From Pyrodictium delaneyi (GTDB taxonomy: Archaea > Thermoproteota > Thermoprotei_A > Sulfolobales > Pyrodictiaceae): DNA of 32,000 nucleotides. The translations under genes were made by a program, and so were the position numbers. The DNA is taken from positions 1,830,001-1,862,000 of the forward strand of contig NZ_CP013011.1 of NCBI RefSeq assembly GCF_001412615.1, in the 5' to 3' direction. Numbering within the stretch: position 1 is the first letter of the stretch; the number at the start of each line of letters is the position of its first letter. The notes beneath the pieces are model-generated. The model had not been told where the DNA came from and made no database searches. It saw only the letters and a list, made by a program, of their open reading frames with translations. Positions 7,782-15,610 of the stretch are shown one piece after another.

Positions 7782-7869
7782 GCGGGGGTGCCCGAGCCAG
7801 GTCGAAGGGGGCGGGCTCAAGACCCGCTGGCGTAGGCCGGCGTGGGTTCAAATCCCACCCCCCGCACCA
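7782..7869 (+). tRNA. tRNA-Leu (anticodon CAA), class II with long variable arm, genomically encoded CCA
   Basis: Folded by hand: acceptor GCGGGGG/CCCCCGC; D-arm CCC-AGCCAGGTCGAA-GGG; anticodon stem GCGGG/CCCGC with loop CTCAAGA; variable arm GGC-GTAG-GCC; T-arm GTGGG-TTCAAAT-CCCAC; discriminator A then CCA. Confidence 0.93.
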
Positions 7870-7958
7870 CATTCCTCCTCTCCGAGTTCCTACATACCTT
7901 GCAATTACGCTAGCACGACCTTGGACCTGTCTTGTGTTACATGTCTTGTTGCATTGCT

Positions 7959-8309
7959 CTAACTTCGTTTGACAATGTTGGCGAGCTTCTCTGCTGCAAG
8001 CCCTATTAGGAGCCAGACTAGTGTTGAGGATGCCACGAAGACCAAGGATGTACTGATAAACGGCATTATGTGGTATAGATGTACGCGTATAATGTCTCCG
8101 AGCAGTATGCCTGGTAGGTCTAGATAGATTATTGACTCCTCGGGCCATAGATGTGTACTTAGTAGACCAGACCCTAGGCCGAAAAATGTTGAGGAGAGAA
8201 GAAGGGTCTTGGCATAGGTAGCCGTTTTAGCAGTGTGTATAATGCTTTGATTGATGCTAGGTATATTGGTTATCCGGAAGCTTAGCCATAGGAGTTCTAG
8301 AATGTGCAA
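7959..8309 (-). CDS. Hypothetical small membrane protein in an AT-rich patch
   Basis: 116 aa with about three hydrophobic segments (LLLSSTFFGLGSGLL, IMPFISTSLVFVASSTLVWLLIGLAA). It is the only sizeable ORF in the low-GC stretch 7870-8480. Confidence 0.4.
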   Translation of the reverse strand: MHILELLWLSFRITNIPSINQSIIHTAKTATYAKTLLLSSTFFGLGSGLLSTHLWPEESIIYLDLPGILLGDIIRVHLYHIMPFISTSLVFVASSTLVWLLIGLAAEKLANIVKRS

Positions 8310-8440
8310 TGGACGGCCCGAACCTCATATTATTTGCTTAGATTGATTATATGTTGTCGGGCTAGATGTCTGGGTTTTCTCTTGTTTGGTTTGGCTATGT
8401 TGGCGATTACTATCTGTCTTGTTGATTTTATTGGTGCCGG

Positions 8441-8450
8441 TATATTTATA
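8441..8450 (+). promoter_or_regulatory. TATA box (TATATTTATA) for the suf operon
   Basis: It lies ~40 nt upstream of the sufC GTG (8485), and a GGTGGGG Shine-Dalgarno-like element follows at ~8476-8482. Confidence 0.4.
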
Positions 8451-8484
8451 GCCCGGTACTTTAACAGTTGATAAAGGTGGGGTT

Positions 8485-9255
8485 GTGGTTTTGGCGCTGG
8501 AAGCTAGAGACCTGGTGGCAGGCCCCGAGGGCAAGACTATACTCCGTGGGGTAAATATCAAGGTTCCCCCGGGCAGCGTAGTAGCGCTCATGGGGCCGAA
8601 TGGTAGCGGCAAGACCACGCTAGCCTATACGCTGATGGGTCATCCGCGTTACCGTGTTGAGCGCGGCGAGGTGTTGCTGGACGGTGAACTTGTCACCAAC
8701 CTTCCCCCGCATGAGAGGGCTCGGCGCGGCCTAATGCTCGGCTTCCAGAACCCTGTCGAGATACCAGGTGTCCGGTTCATCAACTTCATAGCAGCTGCGT
8801 ATAACCGGCGTTTCGGTATCGAGGAGCGGCTAATAGGTATGCCGCGGCCTGAGCTGCTTAAGCAGGCCAGGGAGCTGGCTGGGAAGCTAGGGCTTCGCCC
8901 CGAAATGCTGCAGAGAGAGGTGAATGTGGGCTTCAGTGGCGGCGAGCGGAAGAGGGCCGAGATGCTTCAGCTCCTCCTACTCCGTCCCCGCTACGTTATC
9001 CTTGACGAGCCGGACAGCGGCCTCGACGTGGACGGTGTCCGCATCATAGCCGATGCTATCCGTGAGCTAGTGGAACAGGGAGCAGGTGTACTCGTGATAA
9101 CGCATTACGCGAGGATTCTCCAGTTCGTCGAGCCCAGCCACGTAGTGGTGCTCGTCGACGGCCGTGTGGTGGACGAGGGCGGTCCAGAGCTGGCTAGGCG
9201 GATCGAGCGGGAAGGCTACCAGGCCTACATGGGGGACGGGGGGCAGGAGAGGTGA
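8485..9255 (+). CDS. sufC: Fe-S cluster assembly ATPase SufC
   Basis: 256 aa with Walker A GPNGSGKTT, FSGGERKRAEMLQLLL and Walker B YVILDEPDSGLDVD. It is followed directly by sufB and sufD. Confidence 0.95.
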   Translation: MVLALEARDLVAGPEGKTILRGVNIKVPPGSVVALMGPNGSGKTTLAYTLMGHPRYRVERGEVLLDGELVTNLPPHERARRGLMLGFQNPVEIPGVRFINFIAAAYNRRFGIEERLIGMPRPELLKQARELAGKLGLRPEMLQREVNVGFSGGERKRAEMLQLLLLRPRYVILDEPDSGLDVDGVRIIADAIRELVEQGAGVLVITHYARILQFVEPSHVVVLVDGRVVDEGGPELARRIEREGYQAYMGDGGQER

Positions 9256-9261
9256 CGCAGT

Positions 9262-10692
9262 ATGGCTGGTGTACGTCCCGCGCCTCTAAGGGAGGTGCTC
9301 GAAGCTCGTAGTGTTGAGGAGCTGCTGGGCTTCCAGAAGCCCTACCCCAAGGAGATAGAGATACGGGGCCGCATCGAGAGGAGCCTCGTGGAGGAAATAT
9401 CCCGGGTCAAGAAGGAGCCCGACTGGATGCGCCGCCTAAGGCTCCGCGCCCTGGAGCTATTCTACAAGCTGCCTATGCCCCGCTGGGTTATCGGGATCGA
9501 GGAGATAGACCTGGAGGAGATAGCAGCCTACGTGAAGCCTAAGGCGGAGAAGGCGGAGAGCTGGGAGGACCTCCCAGGCTGGATGAAGGAGTACTACGCG
9601 AAGCTCGGGCTCCCAGAAGCAGAGGCGAGGCTGCTATCAGGGCTCACGGCTGTCTTCGACAGTGAGGCTGTGCTCAACCTGGTGAAGAAGGAGCTCCAGG
9701 AGAAGGGCGTGATACTGCTCCCGATGGAGGAGGCTGTGCAACGCTACCCCGACCTGGTTAAGCAGTACTTTGGCCGGGTCTTCCCCGCATCTGACCACAA
9801 GTTCGCCGCGCTACACCACGCGCTATGGAGTGGCGGCGCCTTCGTCTACGTGCCGCCCGGTGTTAGGCTCACCCAGCCCCTAGAGGCCTTCTTCTTCATA
9901 GGCAGCGAGCTAGAGGGCCAGTTCGAGCACACGCTCCTCATAGCGGGCGAGAACAGCTACATAGAGTTCATAGAGGGCTGCGCCGCCCCCATGCTCAAGG
10001 GGTTCAGCTTCCACGACGGCATGGTGGAGATCTACGCGCACCGTGGCGCCCGGGTGCACTTCTACACAGTGCAGAACTGGAGCAGGAACATCATAAACTT
10101 CAACAATAAGCGCGCCATAGCCGAAGAGGGTGCGCACGTGGAGTGGCTAGAGGGTAGCATTGGGAGCAAGATAACATACACCTATCCGACGACCATACTC
10201 CGTGGCCGCGGCGCCTCGACGCGCAACGTCTCCGTAGCCATAGCCAATGGACCCTACATAAAGGATACTGGGGGTAAGGTGATACACGCTGCGCCCGACA
10301 CGAGGAGCGTCATAATCTCGAAGAGCATATCCAGCAACGGCGGCCTCTCCGTCTACCGGGGCCTAGTCAGAGTAAACCGTGGCGCCTACCGCAGTGTGAG
10401 CCACGTACAGTGCGACAGCCTGATCCTGGATGAGCGGAGCAAGGCCTACACCTATCCCCGGAACGAGGTCGACGAGCCTACTGCTGAGGTGACGCACGAG
10501 GCTAGCGTAGGCAGGCTAGGTGAGGACCAGCTATTCTACATGGCTAGCCGTGGCCTAAGCGAGGGCGAAGCCAAGGCCATGATAGTGCTCGGCTTCATCC
10601 AGGACGCGCTAAAGGCGCTGCCCATGGAGCTGCTCGGTATACTCTCCAAGGTGATCGAGCTAGAGTTCAGCGAGTACGGCGCCCTAGGCTAG
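9262..10692 (+). CDS. sufB: Fe-S cluster assembly scaffold protein SufB
   Basis: 476 aa with beta-helix repeats and the C-terminal SufB/D block HEASVGRLGEDQLFYMASRGLSEGEAKAMIVLGF. It starts 6 nt after sufC. Confidence 0.95.
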   Translation: MAGVRPAPLREVLEARSVEELLGFQKPYPKEIEIRGRIERSLVEEISRVKKEPDWMRRLRLRALELFYKLPMPRWVIGIEEIDLEEIAAYVKPKAEKAESWEDLPGWMKEYYAKLGLPEAEARLLSGLTAVFDSEAVLNLVKKELQEKGVILLPMEEAVQRYPDLVKQYFGRVFPASDHKFAALHHALWSGGAFVYVPPGVRLTQPLEAFFFIGSELEGQFEHTLLIAGENSYIEFIEGCAAPMLKGFSFHDGMVEIYAHRGARVHFYTVQNWSRNIINFNNKRAIAEEGAHVEWLEGSIGSKITYTYPTTILRGRGASTRNVSVAIANGPYIKDTGGKVIHAAPDTRSVIISKSISSNGGLSVYRGLVRVNRGAYRSVSHVQCDSLILDERSKAYTYPRNEVDEPTAEVTHEASVGRLGEDQLFYMASRGLSEGEAKAMIVLGFIQDALKALPMELLGILSKVIELEFSEYGALG

Positions 10693-10707
10693 CATGCAAA
10701 CACCGGG

Positions 10708-11904
10708 TTGGAGGGAACAGCCATGGCTAGGTTAGAGCAGGTAAAAGGAGGCCTAGACGAGCTGAAGCGCCGGGCCCGAGAGCTGCTCGACAAGCTACCC
10801 TGGCAGCACATAGCAGACTCGCCTACTACCAAGTACTATACCGACTGGAAGCTGTTCGAGAAGCAGCTAGCAGAAGCCCGCCAGGACGAGGGCAGAGCGC
10901 CTGTACAGGAGCGCCAGCTAGAGGGCTACGATGCCACGATAGGCCCGTGCACCGGGGGCACGGTGGGTAATGGTCTCCAGGTGTATAGGCTGGAGGAGGC
11001 GCCCAGCGAGCTAGCCAAGATCTTCGCCTCGATGCTACAGGTGGACGAGACCCGGCTTACTGCTGCCCACTACGCGTTCCTAGAAGAGGCCTATGTGCTC
11101 GAGATACGGGAGCCCGGGGTCTACCGTGTAGCAGTCTGTAGGCCCCAGAGCGCCTGGGGTAGCAGCCACCTCGTAGTAGCAGTCGAGCCCGGTGTAGAGG
11201 CCGCGCTGCTGCTCGACGTGCTGCCGGCCGGAGGCGGCTCAACAGCGGTAGAGCTGGTCGTGGGCGAGAACTCGGGCCTAGAGTTGCTAACCGTGGCCAG
11301 GCCCCCGGAAGGCACGGCGCACGCACTTCTCGAGCGCCGCCTAGTCCTGGAGGGCGCCTGGCTCCGCTCGGCCACCATAGCCCTGGGCTCGGCCATGCAC
11401 CGTGTCGAGGAGAAGACCCTACTAGCGAAGGGCGCTAGCCTAGTGCACCGTGGCGCCGGAGTAGCAGTTGGAAGCCAGAGGCTGGACTACATAGCGGACA
11501 CGATACACCAGGGCACTCGGAGCAGGAGCAGCGTGAGGGTATACGGGTTCGCGCTCGACGAGAGCATGGTCGCGGCACGGGGAGTGGCAAGCATCCGCGA
11601 GACGGCGCAGGGCAGTAGTGCTAGCTTCGACGTCGAGGTGCTGATACTAGGCCAGCGCGCCCGGGGCTACACAATGCCCCTCATGGAGATAGATACCGGG
11701 GACGTAGAGCACGCGAGCCATCATGCTGCCCAGTATCGGGTCTCCCGCGAGCAGCTCTTCTACATGCAGAGCCGCGGGCTAAGCGAGGCCGAGGCCCTGG
11801 AGCTGCTGCTCGCAGAGAGGCTCCGTACAACAGCCCAGCACCTCGAGAAGCTCGCCGAGAAATCTGAGAGAATTGTGGAGGAGATACTGGCCCGTCTATC
11901 CTAG
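10708..11904 (+). CDS. sufD: Fe-S cluster assembly protein SufD (start TTG 10708 or ATG 10720)
   Basis: 398 aa SufB paralogue with HHAAQYRVSREQLFYMQSRGLSEAEALELLL. It is the third gene of the sufCBD arrangement. Confidence 0.9.
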   Translation: MEGTAMARLEQVKGGLDELKRRARELLDKLPWQHIADSPTTKYYTDWKLFEKQLAEARQDEGRAPVQERQLEGYDATIGPCTGGTVGNGLQVYRLEEAPSELAKIFASMLQVDETRLTAAHYAFLEEAYVLEIREPGVYRVAVCRPQSAWGSSHLVVAVEPGVEAALLLDVLPAGGGSTAVELVVGENSGLELLTVARPPEGTAHALLERRLVLEGAWLRSATIALGSAMHRVEEKTLLAKGASLVHRGAGVAVGSQRLDYIADTIHQGTRSRSSVRVYGFALDESMVAARGVASIRETAQGSSASFDVEVLILGQRARGYTMPLMEIDTGDVEHASHHAAQYRVSREQLFYMQSRGLSEAEALELLLAERLRTTAQHLEKLAEKSERIVEEILARLS

Positions 11905-11946
11905 CTCCTGCCATAGTTGGATAGACTCAGGTGTCAGGATCAGAGC

Positions 11947-11951
11947 TTTTT
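11947..11951 (+). terminator. Oligo-T tract (TTTTT) ~40 nt after the sufD stop
   Basis: Archaeal termination commonly uses oligo-T. This is the only T5 run in the convergent gap 11905-12141. Confidence 0.3.
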
Positions 11952-12141
11952 CAACGAGGATTTAGAGCTCCGGGGGACTATACATAAGCCCCGGGGTATG
12001 CTAGGGTAGAGACCCTCCTAGCGTGGATGTGGATGGCTGCAGCCACCTCTGATGGGCCGCTGAGCCCCCTTGGCGGGGCTGTGAGGTGGGCGAGGGACAG
12101 CCGAACCCTGAGCCACTCGCCGCAAAGAAGGCGAAACTCGG

Positions 12142-12975
12142 TTAGCCCTGTTCTATCACGGTGCCGTGGCCCTCTAGGCCTCTCTGCACGGGGTCGGGGT
12201 GGGCGGCGTTCGTTATCACGGCGTACTTAACACCCTGGTCTATTGCACGGATTATCTCGTGTATCTTCCTGTTCATCCCTGGGCCTATCTTGCCCTCCTC
12301 TAGCAGCTTTTCGGCCTCGCTAGTAGTGAGCTTCTTCACTACCTGGCCGTCCAGTATGAGGCCGTCCACGTCCGTGAGGACTATGAGGGCGTCCGCCGGG
12401 AGGGCCCCGGCTACGCGGGCTGCTGCCTGGTCGCCGTCCACGTTTAGGAGTACACCCTCCCCGGGGTCGTAGGCTATCGGTGCTAGTACTGGGGTGTAGC
12501 CGTCGCTTAGGAGCCTCCAGAGGAAGTCCTTGTCTACGCTGGTTATCCTGCCTGTGTAGCCGCCTGGTACTACGCGCTTCCTCCCAGTCTCGGGGTCGAG
12601 TATCACTATCCTCTTCTTCCTCTCTGCCTGTAGCACGAGCCCGTCTACACCTGTGAGCCCTATGGGCCTCGCGCCCAGCTTGGCTAGGCGGCTACAGATA
12701 CGCTTGTTGAGGAGCCCGCCGAGAACCATCACGAATACCTCTAGCTCCTCCTCGGTGGTGTAGCGGCTTCGGATCCCCTGGGGGCTGACTACGAACCGGG
12801 GCTCTACTCCTAGTCGCTTCTCGTACTCTGTGACCAGGTCGCCGCCGCCGTGGACGAAGACCACCCGGTGGCCCTGCTGGGCGGCTGCTGCTACCGAGGA
12901 GACTATGTTCTCGAGGTTGTTCATCAGCGCGCGGCCGCCCGCCTTAACCACGACTGTTACCATGCCCCTAGCCAC
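12142..12975 (-). CDS. lysZ: [LysW]-aminoadipate / [LysW]-glutamate kinase (ArgB-like amino-acid kinase)
   Basis: 277 aa with VVKAGGRAL and VFVHGGG amino-acid-kinase motifs. It lies immediately downstream of lysY and opposite lysWXJK. Confidence 0.9.
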   Translation of the reverse strand: MARGMVTVVVKAGGRALMNNLENIVSSVAAAAQQGHRVVFVHGGGDLVTEYEKRLGVEPRFVVSPQGIRSRYTTEEELEVFVMVLGGLLNKRICSRLAKLGARPIGLTGVDGLVLQAERKKRIVILDPETGRKRVVPGGYTGRITSVDKDFLWRLLSDGYTPVLAPIAYDPGEGVLLNVDGDQAAARVAGALPADALIVLTDVDGLILDGQVVKKLTTSEAEKLLEEGKIGPGMNRKIHEIIRAIDQGVKYAVITNAAHPDPVQRGLEGHGTVIEQG

Positions 12976-12995
12976 CTCTCGAAATCCTATGTTCT

Positions 12996-14054
12996 CTAGG
13001 CTGGCTTGAGCGGGAGGATGCGCAGCCCCGTATCCTCCGGGAGACCAGCAGCCAGGTTCCAGGCTTGCACCGCCTGGCCCGCTGCGCCCTTGACTAGATT
13101 GTCTATAGCCGCGAACCCTGTGACCCGGCCTAGCCTCTCCTCCACCGCGAAGCCCACGTCGGCATAGTTGCTGCCAGCCACGTACTTGGGGTCAGGATAG
13201 CCGGGCGGGGTGCCATAGACTATGCGTACGAAGGGGCTCTCCCTGTAGAAGCTGGCGTAGACACGGAGCAGCATCTTCTCGTCAGCCTCCCTAGTTAGCC
13301 AGGCGTGGCCACTGGCAAGCGCGCCTCTTATCGCGGAGACCGCGTGGGGGACTAGGGAGACCCTCACCGGGGCCCCGGCTAGCCGGGAGAGCTCCTGCTC
13401 CGCCTCAGCAGCGTGACGATGGCCGCGGGGCTCATAGGGCCTTATAGCGTTCTCTCTTTCGGGGTGGTGGCTGCCCCGAGTAGGCTTTGAGCCTCCCTCG
13501 CTGCTGCCGACCTTTACGTCTACGAGCACCCTGTTCGTGTCTATGAGTCCTTCCTTGACGAGCGGTGCTAGCGCTAGTATCGCCGCGGTGGCGTTGCAGC
13601 CGGGGGACGCTATGAGCTTGGCTCCTTTGAGTTCGTCTCTATGTAGCTCGGGGAGCCCGTAGACTGCCTTCTCTAGCAGGTCTGGGTAGGGGTGCTCGAA
13701 CCCGTACCACCTCTTGTAGGCCTCTGGGTCTTTGAGACGGTAGTCCGCACTGAGGTCTACTACTGTTAGGCCTGACTCGTAGAAGGTCTTAGTGTACTCT
13801 AGCCCTACACCGTGAGGCAGCGCCGAGAACACTACGTCTACCTCCTTCTTGAGGATAGCGTCCACGCTGAAGGGCGAGAACCTTAGCCCCCGGTACCAGC
13901 CGCGGAGATTGAAGTGGACGAAGTGTATCGGCTTACCAGCATACTCCCTAGAAGTGGCCACCACTACCTCGGCCTCTGGGTGGAGAGCGAGTATCCTTAG
14001 CAGCTCGCCGCCCGTGTAACCTGAGGCGCCGAGGACCGCAACCCGGTAGGCCAA
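12996..14054 (-). CDS. lysY: [LysW]-aminoadipyl/glutamyl-phosphate reductase (ArgC-like); start set to TTG 14054
   Basis: VAVLGASGYTGGELLRIL Rossmann motif and the ASPGCNATA active-site Cys block. The track ORF extends to 14207, but those extra 51 codons (Cys/Trp/Arg/Pro-rich) precede the conserved N-terminus. A TATA-like CCTAAAACC box (plus coordinates ~14097-14106) sits between the two candidate starts. Confidence 0.88.
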   Translation of the reverse strand: MAYRVAVLGASGYTGGELLRILALHPEAEVVVATSREYAGKPIHFVHFNLRGWYRGLRFSPFSVDAILKKEVDVVFSALPHGVGLEYTKTFYESGLTVVDLSADYRLKDPEAYKRWYGFEHPYPDLLEKAVYGLPELHRDELKGAKLIASPGCNATAAILALAPLVKEGLIDTNRVLVDVKVGSSEGGSKPTRGSHHPERENAIRPYEPRGHRHAAEAEQELSRLAGAPVRVSLVPHAVSAIRGALASGHAWLTREADEKMLLRVYASFYRESPFVRIVYGTPPGYPDPKYVAGSNYADVGFAVEERLGRVTGFAAIDNLVKGAAGQAVQAWNLAAGLPEDTGLRILPLKPA

Positions 14055-14267
14055 CTCTCTCCCAGCACCCCGCGGTGCAGCCCAGAGAGGACTAGGGGGT
14101 TTTAGGGGTCTGGTACGCCCACCGCACCACTGCGAAGACAAGCCACAACCATAGTACCGGATAGTACATACTGCACCAAACGGGGCTCCTTGACGGGTTC
14201 CAACCACGCACCTGGTTTAGTCCAGCCCCACGAAGGCCCAGAGAGAGGAGCAACACACAATCACTCG

Positions 14268-14304
14268 GTGCGGATACCGAGACTCTGAATACATGAATCC
14301 GCAC
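14268..14304. promoter_or_regulatory. 8-bp perfect inverted repeat GTGCGGAT-N21-ATCCGCAC in the lysY/lysW divergent control region
   Basis: Seen directly: arms at 14268-14275 and 14297-14304, about 20 nt upstream of the lysW TATA-like box. It is a candidate regulator operator. Confidence 0.3.
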
Positions 14305-14322
14305 TGCACGAAAAGGGGCAGC

Positions 14323-14330
14323 ATTATTAG
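14323..14330 (+). promoter_or_regulatory. TATA-like box (ATTATTAG) for lysW
   Basis: It is an AT-rich box in otherwise GC-rich sequence, ~43 nt upstream of the lysW ATG at 14369. Confidence 0.35.
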
Positions 14331-14368
14331 GGCTAAGGCCCGCCCCGGCCCACCCGGGGTTGCCCGGG

Positions 14369-14542
14369 ATGCCTACACTCAAGTGTCCCGTCTGCGGAGG
14401 CCCTGTAGAGGTACCAGACGACGCCATGCCAGGTGAACTCATAGACCACGACTGCGGCGTAACCCTAGAAGTAGTCAAGAAGGATGACGGGAGTTTCGAG
14501 CTAAAGCCCTTTGAGGGCGTCGGCGAGGACTGGGGCGAGTAA
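14369..14542 (+). CDS. lysW: Amino-group carrier protein LysW
   Basis: 57 aa from ATG 14369: MPTLKCPVCGGPVEVPDDAMPGELIDHDCGVTLEVVKKDDGSFELKPFEGVGEDWGE. It has a CxxC...HxC zinc-ribbon and the diagnostic C-terminal EDWGE tail. Confidence 0.9.
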   Translation: MPTLKCPVCGGPVEVPDDAMPGELIDHDCGVTLEVVKKDDGSFELKPFEGVGEDWGE

Positions 14543-14543
14543 A

Positions 14544-14595
14544 GCCCGCCAGTAGAAAGCACTCGAAGGAGCGGGCACTACACCGTGTTTTTCTC
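14544..14595 (+). terminator. Hairpin (GCCCGC-N21-GCGGGC) followed by T5; possible intra-operon terminator/attenuator between lysW and lysX
   Basis: Stem arms at 14544-14549 and 14571-14576, with TTTTT at 14588-14592. It starts 2 nt after the lysW stop. Confidence 0.3.
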
Positions 14596-14680
14596 GGGTA
14601 TTGGCCCGGGTTCTCCGGGCACCACTTCACCATGACAGTGAGCGTGTATGACACAACGCTATCGGGGGTAGACACTGGCC

Positions 14681-15535
14681 TTGCCTAGAGTAGGAATGGC
14701 TTACATGGTGGCTCGCTGGGAGGAGAAGGCGATAGCCGCTGCAGCGCGGCGCCGCGGCGTAGAACTAGAGTTGTTGCATATGCCAAGCTTCTACGCGCTT
14801 ATAGGCGACCGCCGCCTCGGAGCAAAGCTGCCTAGCGTGGTGCTCCAGAGGAGTATAAGTCACTACGTAGCTCTATCTTCGACGCTCCTCCTCGAGAGCA
14901 TCGGGGTACGAGTCGTCAACCGGGGCCAGGCCACAGCGGCCGCCAACGATAAGGTGTGGAGTCTCTCGCTACTAGCAGCTGCCGGCATACCAACACCAGT
15001 TACGGGCGTAGCCTTCGGCTCCGAGGCAGCCAGCAAGCTAGCCGAAGAGATAGGCTACCCGGTGGTAGTCAAGCCGACAAACGGCAGCTGGGGCCGGATG
15101 CTCGCCCTGGCTGACGACTGGGAGGACCTTCGCGTGATACTAGAGCACCGCGAGTATATGCCGCAGCCCGAGATGAAGGTACACCTCATCCAGGAGTACG
15201 TCAAGAAGCCCGACCGCGATATACGCGTCACAGTTGTCGGCGGCAGGCCGGTGGCAGCCATATACCGCTACTCTAGCCACTGGATTACCAACACCGCGCG
15301 GGGTGGCAAGGCCGAGCCAGCTCCCACCGAGGGCGAGCTAGGCGAGCTAGCTGTACGTGCAGCTGAGGCCGTAGGACTAGAAGTCGCTGGGGTCGACGTC
15401 TTCGAGGACCCAGAACGCGGCTACATAGTGAACGAGGTTAACCCGGTACCAGAGTTCAAGAACACAGTAGCGGTGACCGGGGTAGACGTAGCGGCAGAGA
15501 TACTGGACTATCTGGTCGAGCTAGCTCGCCGCTAG
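14681..15535 (+). CDS. lysX: RimK-type ATP-grasp ligase LysX (LysW--alpha-aminoadipate / glutamate ligase)
   Basis: 284 aa with ARWEEKAI near the N-terminus and an ATP-grasp core (GYPVVVKPTNGSWGR, DIRVTVVGG, GVDVFE, VNEVN). TTG start at 14681; ATG 14696 is an alternative. Confidence 0.9.
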   Translation: MPRVGMAYMVARWEEKAIAAAARRRGVELELLHMPSFYALIGDRRLGAKLPSVVLQRSISHYVALSSTLLLESIGVRVVNRGQATAAANDKVWSLSLLAAAGIPTPVTGVAFGSEAASKLAEEIGYPVVVKPTNGSWGRMLALADDWEDLRVILEHREYMPQPEMKVHLIQEYVKKPDRDIRVTVVGGRPVAAIYRYSSHWITNTARGGKAEPAPTEGELGELAVRAAEAVGLEVAGVDVFEDPERGYIVNEVNPVPEFKNTVAVTGVDVAAEILDYLVELARR

Positions 15536-15610
15536 CCCGAGGGACACGATAAAGTCCCCACTGGTCCGCCTCCTTAGGTCTCACTCTGGAGCCTGGGTGG
15601 CGGTGCAGAG

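Noticed and set aside
7623-7820. The longest form of the 6981 ORF reaches into the tRNA-Leu gene. I also considered whether it could be a tRNA-adjacent integrase.
   Set aside because: The extension overlaps the tRNA and lies upstream of a TATA-like box. I saw no tyrosine-recombinase features (no R..HxxR..Y pattern), so neither an integrase nor a mobile element is called.
8325-8618. A 97-aa minus-strand ORF overlaps the sufC start and the GT-skewed spacer.
   Set aside because: It is low-complexity Thr/Gln/Ser/Lys-rich sequence derived from the CA-rich complement of the spacer, and it overlaps the strongly supported sufC gene.
14055-14207. The longest ORF gives lysY a 51-codon N-terminal extension.
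   Set aside because: The extension (MVGTRQGAPFGAVCTIRYYGCGLSSQWCGG...) is unlike any ArgC/LysY N-terminus. The Rossmann motif begins right after TTG 14054, and a TATA-like box lies inside the extension.
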